A DNA stretch of 52,375 nucleotides, taken from contig CAZFNQ010000002.1 in the NCBI GenBank assembly GCA_964520375.1, positions 1-52,375 of the forward strand. The letters run 5' to 3'. Positions 1-8,291 of the stretch are shown here, one piece after another. Positions within the stretch are counted from its first letter, which is position 1. Each line of letters starts with the position of its first letter. Origin of the DNA: an uncultured Candidatus Saccharibacteria bacterium (GTDB lineage: Bacteria > Patescibacteriota > Saccharimonadia > Saccharimonadales > JANWIN01). The notes beneath the pieces were generated by a model that saw nothing but the letters and a program-made list of their open reading frames with translations, made no database searches and had not been told where the DNA came from. The translations under genes and the position numbers were made by a program.

Positions 1-1
1 A

Positions 2-136
2 TTACCCACTGTCATGAATATACTACCCACAATCACCCACAAGCAAGCGTTTTAATTAAAAATGTCGCCTGTTAATTGGCGACTTATCCACAGCTTTTAC
101 AGATTATACCCTAAAACCACAAGATATGGTGGGTAA
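2..136. promoter_or_regulatory. Cluster of DnaA-box-like 9-mers, one perfect TTATCCACA plus five degenerate copies
   Basis: Read from sequence: TTACCCACT 2-10, CTACCCACA 23-31, TCACCCACA 33-41, TTATCCACA 84-92 (perfect consensus), AAAACCACA 113-121, and ggtgggtaa 128-136 (reverse complement TTACCCACC). The cluster touches the window edge and may continue upstream. Confidence 0.35.
64..83 (-). terminator. Possible weak intrinsic terminator for the 161-565 gene
   Basis: Stem gtcgcc (64-69) pairs with ggcgac (78-83) around an 8-nt loop. On the minus strand it is followed by ATTTTTAATTAAAA. The stem is short and the U-tract is interrupted. Confidence 0.3.
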
Positions 137-160
137 CTCTATTTACGTAACACTACAAGG

Positions 161-565
161 TTATCTCTGGTTGGCTTCGTTTTTTTGGTTTTGAACATAT
201 TCTACATAGGCGTGAGGAACTTTTATCTGCATGCCTTGTTTTAATTCATCTTCACCCTGTTGATGAGCTTCATCAAGAATTGCCTTATCAAAATCTTCTC
301 GATCTTGGCTACCTTGTACGCCAGAGTGGTCTGCAATGTTATCTGGGGTATCTTGAGGTCCTCGTACTTGGAAATCGGTATCTAGTGCTGGCAATTCGTG
401 ACTTCCAGTGAGTGAATGATCTATCACATTACCTACAGCTTTATGACTAACACTACCCAGAGCAATTACACTGGCACCTATGGCAAGAGCTCGACGATTA
501 CGCTTTACTCTATTGGATGGGCGCTTGGTATTGTGTGATCTGAGTACATCTTGATTTGATATCAT
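161..565 (-). CDS. Hypothetical protein with a basic N-terminus and one hydrophobic segment (RRALAIGASVIALGS); acidic C-terminal part
   Basis: 134-aa ORF with no recognisable catalytic motif. It could be membrane-anchored or secreted. Confidence 0.45.
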   Translation of the reverse strand: MISNQDVLRSHNTKRPSNRVKRNRRALAIGASVIALGSVSHKAVGNVIDHSLTGSHELPALDTDFQVRGPQDTPDNIADHSGVQGSQDREDFDKAILDEAHQQGEDELKQGMQIKVPHAYVEYVQNQKNEANQR

Positions 566-648
566 AGCTCATATTATAGCAAAACATATGCATTTTGTCA
601 ATCTCAGGCCATGCCCTATTACTTTGGAAAGTTGTATTTATTATAAGT

Positions 649-1908
649 CTAGCTCTGTTGGTTTTTTATCATCTCGGTGTACCAATGTGCACTAGGCCGT
701 ATTTGCCTTGTCATGCCATTTTTTCGATCCACAGAGACCAGGCCGAACTTTGGCCACCAGCCATATTTCCATTCAAAATTATCGAGCAAACTCCAATGAA
801 AGTAACCGGCTATATCAACACCTTCGCTAATTGCTCGTTCCATGGCAATAACAGTTTCCTCTAGCCACCACTGCCGATATTGGTCCTGTTCATCGGCAAC
901 GCCATTTTCAGTCACGAATATTGGTTTTTTATGATGGGCCCAGGTCCGCATAAGTAGTGGATATAAACCCTCTGGTTCCATATACCAGCCAAGGTCATTT
1001 TGCGGTACTTTAGGGTTCTCACGCTTAAAGTTTTTATAATAATCTGTGAAATAGTAGTTAAACCCCACAAAATCTTGGTGATTTCGAACTCTTCGCAAAA
1101 ACCACCAATTCCAGGCGTACCTCATTACTTTTGTTACCGCTTGATCAACGAAGTTGTGCGGTCGTTTAGCTTGAATGTTAGCTAGCTGGGCAGCCATACC
1201 AATTTGCAGGTGTGGGTTTTGTTTTTTAAGTATCTTATAAGCCTTTTTGTGAGCTTTTACTAAATTCAAATAGACAGTCACTGCTTGCAGTGGGCTTTTT
1301 TGCTCGGGCGGCCATTCCCCTGTAACAAAACTAAAGCTAGTGTAAACATTGGGTTCGTTGAGAGTTATTATGTATTTGAGTTCTTGGCCATATTCTTCGG
1401 CTATTTTGGTGACAAATTTATAAAAGTACTTAAGATTGGAACGTTTGGTAAAGCCACCTTTATCCTCAAACCAAACTGGAACGGTCCAGTGCCAAATATT
1501 TAAGAATGGTTCTATGCCGCGTTTTTTGAGGGCCGATATATATTTTTTGTAATGATCTATGGCTGCACTATCCCATTGACCCTGTTCAGGCTCCAGTCTG
1601 GACCACTCGATGCCAAAACGGAAGGCATTGAGTCGAAGTCTTTTGGCAATATCGAAATCTTCTAGATAGTGGTTGTAATGGTCTACACCTCTACCTGAAA
1701 CGTAGTTATTTGGACTGGTCGCTCGTTTTTTAACTGCATCCCAATCGGGCACAATTGGACGCATTCGGACCTCTGCGGTATTTGCTAATTCCTTGGCATG
1801 AGCTAGCTCCCACACACTCCACTGGTTTACGGTACCACCTTCGACTTGGTGACTAGCTACACTGGCTCCCCAGTAAAAATCTTTCGGAAAAACCCTCTTT
1901 TTGTCCAT
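649..1908 (-). CDS. Glycoside hydrolase family 1 beta-glucosidase
   Basis: N-terminal FPKDFYWGASVASHQVEGG, acid/base motif TLNEPNVY and nucleophile motif VTENG. Length of 419 aa is typical for GH1. ATG start at 1908. Confidence 0.9.
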   Translation of the reverse strand: MDKKRVFPKDFYWGASVASHQVEGGTVNQWSVWELAHAKELANTAEVRMRPIVPDWDAVKKRATSPNNYVSGRGVDHYNHYLEDFDIAKRLRLNAFRFGIEWSRLEPEQGQWDSAAIDHYKKYISALKKRGIEPFLNIWHWTVPVWFEDKGGFTKRSNLKYFYKFVTKIAEEYGQELKYIITLNEPNVYTSFSFVTGEWPPEQKSPLQAVTVYLNLVKAHKKAYKILKKQNPHLQIGMAAQLANIQAKRPHNFVDQAVTKVMRYAWNWWFLRRVRNHQDFVGFNYYFTDYYKNFKRENPKVPQNDLGWYMEPEGLYPLLMRTWAHHKKPIFVTENGVADEQDQYRQWWLEETVIAMERAISEGVDIAGYFHWSLLDNFEWKYGWWPKFGLVSVDRKNGMTRQIRPSAHWYTEMIKNQQS

Positions 1909-1945
1909 TGACCTTTATTATAACTCAATTAACAAAGAGAAACTG

Positions 1946-2677
1946 CTATCGATATTCGGGGTTTTCAAAGTCAAAACGGCTACCAGCGTCCCATTTGCTG
2001 CGCTGGTTACCCCAGGCCGGTATCCCACCGCTATCTTTTATCATCTTGGCTAGGTGCATCAAATTCCAGGCCATAAAAGTAGTGTTTCGGTTTGTAAAAT
2101 CATTCTGTGGGCCGCCACTGCCCTTATCCAGGTAACTTGGTCCGGGGCCGGCTTCACCTACCCAGCCGGCATCGGCTTGCGGAGGTATTACACAACCCAA
2201 ATGTTGCAAACTGTACAGAACATTCATAGCACAATGTTTAACACCATCTTCATTGCCAGTAATAATACAGCCTCCAACTTTGCCATAATAAGCATATTGG
2301 CCCTCATCGTTTAAATCACTGGAATTGCCATATAACCTTTCAATAACACGTTTGGTTACTGAACTGTTATCTCCCAGCCAAATTGGTCCGCAGATAACTA
2401 GTATGTCAGCGTCTTGCACTTTTTTATAAATATCTGGCCAATCATCAGTTTTCCAGCCATGTTTAGTCATATCAGGGTAAACGCCTGTGGCAATATCATG
2501 GTCAACGGCGCGGATTATTTCAATATTGACGCCATGCTTTTGCATAATATTTGTACTCAATTTTAAAAGCCCCTCTGTATTACTTACCTCTGGTGATTTT
2601 TTAAGCGTGCAATTAAAGTAAAGCGCTTTTAGATCGCTAAAGTCCATACTTTTCGTAACTTTATCTCGTGCTGCCAT
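1946..2677 (-). CDS. Flavodoxin-fold NAD(P)H-dependent FMN reductase/oxidoreductase
   Basis: ALYFNCTLKKSP near the N-terminus and ADILVICGPIWLGDNSS resemble the FMN_red / NAD(P)H dehydrogenase (quinone) family. Family-level call only. Confidence 0.65.
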   Translation of the reverse strand: MAARDKVTKSMDFSDLKALYFNCTLKKSPEVSNTEGLLKLSTNIMQKHGVNIEIIRAVDHDIATGVYPDMTKHGWKTDDWPDIYKKVQDADILVICGPIWLGDNSSVTKRVIERLYGNSSDLNDEGQYAYYGKVGGCIITGNEDGVKHCAMNVLYSLQHLGCVIPPQADAGWVGEAGPGPSYLDKGSGGPQNDFTNRNTTFMAWNLMHLAKMIKDSGGIPAWGNQRSKWDAGSRFDFENPEYR

Positions 2678-2699
2678 TTAATTCTCCAATCTTAGTTAA

Positions 2700-3506
2700 C
2701 TAATGCCAGCCTACCACATGCTCGCCTTGTGACAAACCGTCAATTTTGGCAATATCTTCAACCGTTAGAGTAATTTCTTGCGAGTCCAGATTTTGTCTCA
2801 TACGCTCTGCGTCAGTAGTTTTTGGTATCGGTATTGTTTCATGCGTAATAGCCCATGCTAGCATAATTTGTGCACTTGTGGCTTTATGTCTCTCAGCAAT
2901 ATTGCCAATAACTTTGTCATTGGCATGGCGACCGCGGGCCAGTGGACTGTAGGCCTCGACAATTATATTATTTTTACGGCAAAACTCTAGCACAGGCTTT
3001 TGATCTTTGTAAATATAGGGATGGAATTCAATTTGATTAACGGCTGGCTTAACTTTTGCAGTTGATAACAGTTCTTCTAAATGGGTAGCCATATAATTAG
3101 ACACGCCTATGTTCTTGGCTAGACCACTTTTATTAATTTCTTCCATGGCCTTCCAAGAGTCGGCACGTCGCGGGGCATCATGCCCGGGCCAATGTATAAG
3201 ATATAGATCCACATATTCTAGGCCCAAGCGCTCAAGAGAATCATTAAAGGCCTTGTGTGCACTCGCATAACCCTGGTCGCTGTTCCAAAGCTTGGTAGTT
3301 ACAAATATATCCTTGCGCGGGACTTTAGAATCTCGCACGGCCGACCCGACTCCGGCTTCATTTCCGTAAATTTTGGCTGTATCAATTAAGCGATAGCCTG
3401 TTTCAATGGCTTTCAACACTTTTTTGTGAACGCCAAAAATTATTTGCCAAGTACCATAACCAATACCCGGCATTTGCTTCCCAGTGTTGAGTTTAACGTA
3501 CTTCAT
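2700..3506 (-). CDS. Aldo/keto reductase (2,5-diketo-D-gluconate reductase-like)
   Basis: MPGIGYGTWQ, IDTAKIYGNE, DLYLIHWP and GVSNY are AKR signatures including the catalytic Asp/Tyr/Lys/His context. 268 aa. Confidence 0.9.
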   Translation of the reverse strand: MKYVKLNTGKQMPGIGYGTWQIIFGVHKKVLKAIETGYRLIDTAKIYGNEAGVGSAVRDSKVPRKDIFVTTKLWNSDQGYASAHKAFNDSLERLGLEYVDLYLIHWPGHDAPRRADSWKAMEEINKSGLAKNIGVSNYMATHLEELLSTAKVKPAVNQIEFHPYIYKDQKPVLEFCRKNNIIVEAYSPLARGRHANDKVIGNIAERHKATSAQIMLAWAITHETIPIPKTTDAERMRQNLDSQEITLTVEDIAKIDGLSQGEHVVGWH

Positions 3507-3520
3507 TACCCAATTTACCT

Positions 3521-4147
3521 TTATTGGTCGGCTTTATCGGTTCTCGGTCTGCTTCTATATGCCAGCTCATTGCGTAATTTATCTAGGCGGACAATATAGC
3601 TGTCAAATTCTTTAAGTAACTGAGAATACTGCCAGTTGGGTGTCATGATATTTTGCAGTTTGCCCTGTTCCTTTAGATATTCGGCCAGACTATGGAAATC
3701 ACCATCGCCAGATACAATTATGGCTTTATGGTAATTTTTAAATTCTTTCATTGTCCATAGCACCAAGTCCGCATCTATATTGCCTTTAATTGGAGACTTC
3801 CTGGCTGTGGGATCTTGCTCAGGTTTTTCAGTATTTGTCGGGGGATCTTGCTGACTAACAGATAGGCCTTCAATCTGCGCCTGATGAGGCTTTGAAAGGT
3901 CAGAAGTGGGTTTTAGTACTACCAGGTAGCCGCTGTCATGTAGCTGTTGGTACAAATCTTCAAATTCCGGCATATAGCCAATAAACATGTAAGCGTTGGT
4001 AACCTTATATTTACTACGCAGATAATGCCGGAATTTGCGCCAGTCCATTTTCCAACCCATCTTTTGAGTACCCAGGTTTAGGTTTTGGCTATCAATAAAA
4101 GCGTAATTGTTGTCGCTTGAGTTTCTAGATTGTCTTGGTTTGAGCAT
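3521..4147 (-). CDS. NYN (LabA-like) domain protein, putative RNase, with a Pro/Gln-rich insert
   Basis: NYAFIDSQNLNLG near the N-terminus, then IKGNIDADLV and IIVSGDGDF, match the NYN/PIN-like acidic motifs. A low-complexity insert (QQDPPTNTEKPEQDP) sits between them. Confidence 0.65.
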   Translation of the reverse strand: MLKPRQSRNSSDNNYAFIDSQNLNLGTQKMGWKMDWRKFRHYLRSKYKVTNAYMFIGYMPEFEDLYQQLHDSGYLVVLKPTSDLSKPHQAQIEGLSVSQQDPPTNTEKPEQDPTARKSPIKGNIDADLVLWTMKEFKNYHKAIIVSGDGDFHSLAEYLKEQGKLQNIMTPNWQYSQLLKEFDSYIVRLDKLRNELAYRSRPRTDKADQ

Positions 4148-4177
4148 TATTTTAGAGTTTTTGGGATAATGCTTATG

Positions 4178-4561
4178 CTACATCCCAGTCGTAACGTTTA
4201 AAATATTACCATCCGGATCTTTAAACCAAGCCGCTTTTAAATCTTCTAGAATATGGATATCGCCCTCGCGTTTGACACCCGGTATATTGTCGTATTGTTC
4301 GAAAGTAATACCCTTGCCTTTTAGCTCATTAACCACTGCTTCAATGTCTTTAATCTCCCAAGCTGCAGAGGTAGCTTTGTTTGTACCTGCAAAGGAAGAA
4401 GTATAAACAAGAACTTGAGAATTGCCACTTTTATAAATGACGCCCTGTCCGCTGCGCTCATCTTTTACGGCTTTCAGGCCAAGCTTTCCCTCGTAAAATT
4501 CTTTTGCTACCTTAAGATCCTTAACCGCAATTGTGGGAATAATGTTTGCATCTCCCAACAT
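4178..4561 (-). CDS. VOC (glyoxalase/bleomycin-resistance/dioxygenase) family protein
   Basis: 127 aa. IAVKDLKVAKEFYEGKLGL and FKDPDGNIL are typical of the VOC fold. An AGGAGG Shine-Dalgarno sequence lies about 7 nt upstream of the ATG. Confidence 0.75.
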   Translation of the reverse strand: MLGDANIIPTIAVKDLKVAKEFYEGKLGLKAVKDERSGQGVIYKSGNSQVLVYTSSFAGTNKATSAAWEIKDIEAVVNELKGKGITFEQYDNIPGVKREGDIHILEDLKAAWFKDPDGNILNVTTGM

Positions 4562-4636
4562 AATAAAACCTCCTTTTTATAAAAATTGATAAATTTTACT
4601 AATTTTGGTTTATAACTTTAGTATACGCCACCTACT

Positions 4637-5206
4637 TCAGATTTCACTAGGCCAATGTAAGAATTTATACCATTTGCCTTTTGCCACATAGGCACACATT
4701 GGGTGAGTCTCTAAATATTGATTCGTGTATCGGCCATCCAAACCCCAGGCAATCAACCTATGGAGTCCATCTACGTGATATAAAGCAGTTTTAATCTTAA
4801 CATGTCCTTTGTAATGGCCCATGGCCTTAAAACGGGTCGACAAAAATATTGGGCTAAATTCGCTATGTTTAAAATGTTCAATTGTTTTAACGCATTTGGG
4901 ATTTTTAGATTTATATTCTAGCTTTTTAGCTCTTTTATAAACACTTTTAAGTAGTGCGCCCTTCTTTGGTATTAAAATGTATTTTGAGTGAGCATGACCT
5001 GGCATAAGTATTGACAATACATCATCGCGCGATAGCCTGACTTTATACCAGTTACCAACGTGTTTCTCGGTCCAATTTAGACACCATAAACTAACTTCTT
5101 TTTGCCAATTATTATAAGGGTATTGTTTTAAAAACTCCTGTTTTACTTCGCTAAAACTAACCCGCTGAGCTTCTGTCATATGATTGTACAGTCTTATCAG
5201 ATTCAA
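4637..5206 (-). CDS. Uncharacterised protein with a C-terminal ParB/sulfiredoxin-fold-like domain
   Basis: SPIFLS...LYHVDGLHRLIAWGLDG...MCAYV matches the ParB/Srx pattern PI.V...y.vDG.HR..A...G. DGLHR was verified at 4757-4771. The track start at 5206 is TTG; the first ATG is at 5179. Either start overlaps the upstream ORF. Confidence 0.5.
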   Translation of the reverse strand: MNLIRLYNHMTEAQRVSFSEVKQEFLKQYPYNNWQKEVSLWCLNWTEKHVGNWYKVRLSRDDVLSILMPGHAHSKYILIPKKGALLKSVYKRAKKLEYKSKNPKCVKTIEHFKHSEFSPIFLSTRFKAMGHYKGHVKIKTALYHVDGLHRLIAWGLDGRYTNQYLETHPMCAYVAKGKWYKFLHWPSEI

Positions 5207-6149
5207 GTTTAAAAAATTCTGCTATATGTTTCAGATACAGAACTATGTGGTCTTTTTCTTCGTCGGATAGAATTTTCACATTATGTCTTCCAGATATAAC
5301 TGGCGTGAGTTCGTCTACTAGTTGTGTAAACCATTCACTCCATTGATAACGCCTTGAACTGCGAACAATCCTTCCTAGAGAATTAGTAACTGTTTGAAGA
5401 CCCCAATAGACTGTCTCTATATTACAAGCGGCTTTAAGATCATCTGAACACTCAGACTTTTTGGGTTCATCTTGCGACCTATAGTCTTCGATTGCCCGTA
5501 AGTCAGCTTTCTGACCAAGGTAAGTGCCGACAAGTGTCTGCAAAGCTATACCATGAATTATGGGCAGACGAGCACTAGCCTCTAAGCTCTTATGTGCTTC
5601 CTCTAAGACAACATTCGCGGCAGTGTAAGCAATGTTTTCAATTTTATCGCTATAACGAGCTTCTAAAGCTAATGTTTCTTTTCTAGACAACATGGCTCCA
5701 GCAATACTTTTAACAATTTGCTCTGAAGTCGGAGTAGTTAAATCGTAAGTCTCGATTGTGCCAGATTTAAATCGGCTTGCCTCATAGCCATATCCATTTA
5801 GTATATTATGTTCATCATGTTCAAAAACCTTCGTAAAAAACCAGGCCTCACTCACAATGCTTTTCATATCCTCCATGTCCTCCGGTTGAGGAAGAATATC
5901 TGGACGAGGGCGAGCATCGAGTCTTATATGCGTATTAACTTTCCCTGGTTCAAAGTCTCTACATACATAGACCTCAAACCAAGTTTCATTGGGTTCAGTC
6001 TCTCGCACACTTAACAAGAAGCCCCCGTACCGTTCTATTGGATTAGTTATTCGTTCAGCTGTTAGATCGGGAACTGATTCTAGATTTGGTCCGTGTGTAT
6101 CTCCTATCATAGAAAGTATATTATAAAACAAATCATTGAAAATAGTCAA
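5157..6149 (-). CDS. Hypothetical 330-aa protein, no recognisable domain
   Basis: Long ORF with a TTG start at 6149 (alternative ATG at 6110). It overlaps the downstream ParB/Srx-like ORF by 23-50 nt. No motif recognised. Confidence 0.5.
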   Translation of the reverse strand: MTIFNDLFYNILSMIGDTHGPNLESVPDLTAERITNPIERYGGFLLSVRETEPNETWFEVYVCRDFEPGKVNTHIRLDARPRPDILPQPEDMEDMKSIVSEAWFFTKVFEHDEHNILNGYGYEASRFKSGTIETYDLTTPTSEQIVKSIAGAMLSRKETLALEARYSDKIENIAYTAANVVLEEAHKSLEASARLPIIHGIALQTLVGTYLGQKADLRAIEDYRSQDEPKKSECSDDLKAACNIETVYWGLQTVTNSLGRIVRSSRRYQWSEWFTQLVDELTPVISGRHNVKILSDEEKDHIVLYLKHIAEFFKLESDKTVQSYDRSSAG

Positions 6150-6170
6150 TCATAACATTTGGACCATTAA

Positions 6171-6575
6171 CTAGTTAGAAATTGAATTCGGGGACTGTGG
6201 TGGCTGATTAGCTGATGGCGGCGAGAGCGAAGCCAATTGGGCTCTAGGAGTTATATTAATATCAGTCGAGCCAGATGGTTTGCTAACATGGTCGCCGATA
6301 TTTAAAATCTGGTACTTGCCCTCTGATATTTGCCAGTTAATCATTTTCCCTAAGTCAGTTTGTACTTTTATATTATATTGATGGGAGACATGGTTGATTC
6401 TTTTGCCAAATCTTATAGTAGCTGGCTTTTTAAGACTCAAGTTATCGTTAGCTATTTCTTGTACGTCTTTATCTGTAACTACTCCTTCAAAAGTTATGTT
6501 CCGTCGTCGAACATAGAGTGTTACCACCGCAGCAGCAATTGCTGCGAAAAGTCCTATAATCAGTGCGCTCTTCAT
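6171..6575 (-). CDS. Hypothetical single-pass membrane protein with a Pro/Ser/Gln-rich tail
   Basis: N-terminal TM segment (ALIIGLFAAIAAAVVTLYV followed by RRR), a small extracytoplasmic domain, and a C-terminal SPPSANQPPQSPNS tail. Confidence 0.5.
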   Translation of the reverse strand: MKSALIIGLFAAIAAAVVTLYVRRRNITFEGVVTDKDVQEIANDNLSLKKPATIRFGKRINHVSHQYNIKVQTDLGKMINWQISEGKYQILNIGDHVSKPSGSTDINITPRAQLASLSPPSANQPPQSPNSISN

Positions 6576-6624
6576 AGTTAAAAATTATACTCTTATTTAA
6601 TTTGATACGATCACTAAGCTTTGA

Positions 6625-6966
6625 TTATGTATCAATAGTTTCAATTGCACTCGGCACTGAGTGATTAGTAGCCGGTTGGGGACCTTTTTTCTTGGGGGTT
6701 GGAACAATTTTACCACTATCAAACAATTCTCCTCCCCAGACGCCTCCGTATTGACGAGTCTCTTTTGCATACTGAAGGCATTCGACATTCACAATACAGC
6801 CTCGGCATAAGGCTTTAGCCCGTTCAACATCTTCTCGATCGGTTGAATAGAATAGTTCTAGCATAGTACCCTCATTATCATTGCATACACCTGCTTTGTA
6901 CCAATTTAGATCTTTATTCGGTGATTCTGGCACGCCCTCACCCATCTCTGCAGAAGGTATTGCCAT
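6625..6966 (-). CDS. WhiB-like (Wbl) [4Fe-4S] transcription factor
   Basis: Four Cys arranged C28-X25-C54-X2-C57-X5-C63 (ALCRGCIVNVEC), followed by the GVWGG turn motif and a basic tail (TPKKKGP). The ATG at 6966 lies 3 nt after the glyQS stop. Confidence 0.85.
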   Translation of the reverse strand: MAIPSAEMGEGVPESPNKDLNWYKAGVCNDNEGTMLELFYSTDREDVERAKALCRGCIVNVECLQYAKETRQYGGVWGGELFDSGKIVPTPKKKGPQPATNHSVPSAIETIDT

Positions 6967-6969
6967 TTT

Positions 6970-8268
6970 TTAGGCCAGCTTTTCTACAAGTTCTTTCATC
7001 TTTACACGTTCTTGATTAATATTATCACGACTCCGCACGGTAACTGTGTCGTCCTTTAGCGTGTCGAAGTCTATTGTCACGCAGTAAGGCGTGCCAATTT
7101 CGTCCTGACGGCGGTAACGTTTACCAATGTTGCCATTGTCATCAAACATGACAGCGCTATACTCCTTTTTCAATATCTCATGAACTTCCTTAGCCTTTTT
7201 GACCAGCTCTGGTTTGTTTTTAAGCAGAGGAAAGACAGCAACCCTGACCGGTGCAATATTTGCTGGCAACTTTAGAAATATACGCTTTTCACCATTTTGC
7301 TTATCTTCAGAATAGGCGTTACAAAGTATTGCTAAGATTAGCCGATCAACGCCAAAACTTGGTTCAATCACGTGTGGTACAAACACCTTACCGCCATCTT
7401 TGGGACGATATTCCATAGTCTTGCCTGATGCCTTCTGATGGTTCTGTAGGTCAAAATCAGCCCTGTAAGCTAACCCTAAAAGCTCACTTTTACCAAAGGG
7501 ATACCCAAACTCAAAGTCTATAGTGCGCTTACTGTAATGGGCTCGATCAGCCGCGGGCACTTCTAGCTCGTGTACGGTCGATTTGCCAACACCAATTGCT
7601 GCCAGAAATTTATAAATATCTTTGATCCATTTCTCAAATTCTTCTTCCCATTTGCTGGGTTCTACAAAATACTCTAATTCCATTTGCACAAACTCACGAG
7701 TTCGGAATAGAAAATCTCGTGGTGATATTTCATTACGAAAGGCTTTACCAATTTGGGCAATGCCAAAAGGCAAGTCTGGCGATACTGTATCGATTATGTT
7801 TTTAAAATTAGTAAAAATTCCCTGCGCTGTTTCTGGTCGCAAGTAGCTTAGCGAATTATTATCATCAATCGGACCAATATTGGTCTTGAACATCATATTG
7901 AACAGGCGAGGTTTGCCAAAAGTGTCAGTTTTACCGCAAACCGGACATTTTTTGTCAGTTACATGATCTGCTCGTAAGCGACTGTGACAATTACTGCACT
8001 CCAGCATTGGATCGTTAAATCCTGCAGCGTGACCGCTTGCTTCCCACACCTTTTTGTTCATAAGAATGGCGGCATCTAGGCCATAAATATCATCGCGCTG
8101 CTCGACAAACATCCGCCACCATAAGTTTTGAATGTTGCGTTTTAGTGCTACGCCTAGCGGTCCATAGTCCCACGTACCAGCTAAACCACCATAAATTTCG
8201 GAGCCTTGATAAATAAACCCTCGCCGCTTGGCTAGGCTAACAATATCATCAAGAGACGCGTCGCTCAT
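6970..8268 (-). CDS. glyQS: Glycine--tRNA ligase, dimeric alpha2 type
   Basis: 432 aa. RRGFIYQGSEIYGGLAGTWDYGPLG, FRNEISPR (motif 2) and GVDRL (motif 3) are class II GlyRS signatures. Confidence 0.95.
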   Translation of the reverse strand: MSDASLDDIVSLAKRRGFIYQGSEIYGGLAGTWDYGPLGVALKRNIQNLWWRMFVEQRDDIYGLDAAILMNKKVWEASGHAAGFNDPMLECSNCHSRLRADHVTDKKCPVCGKTDTFGKPRLFNMMFKTNIGPIDDNNSLSYLRPETAQGIFTNFKNIIDTVSPDLPFGIAQIGKAFRNEISPRDFLFRTREFVQMELEYFVEPSKWEEEFEKWIKDIYKFLAAIGVGKSTVHELEVPAADRAHYSKRTIDFEFGYPFGKSELLGLAYRADFDLQNHQKASGKTMEYRPKDGGKVFVPHVIEPSFGVDRLILAILCNAYSEDKQNGEKRIFLKLPANIAPVRVAVFPLLKNKPELVKKAKEVHEILKKEYSAVMFDDNGNIGKRYRRQDEIGTPYCVTIDFDTLKDDTVTVRSRDNINQERVKMKELVEKLA

Positions 8269-8291
8269 AATTTAGCTTGATTATACGTTAT

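Noticed and set aside
6597-6788. 63-aa ORF overlapping the WhiB-like gene
   Set aside because: It is an out-of-frame overlap with a motif-supported gene, and its translation has no features.
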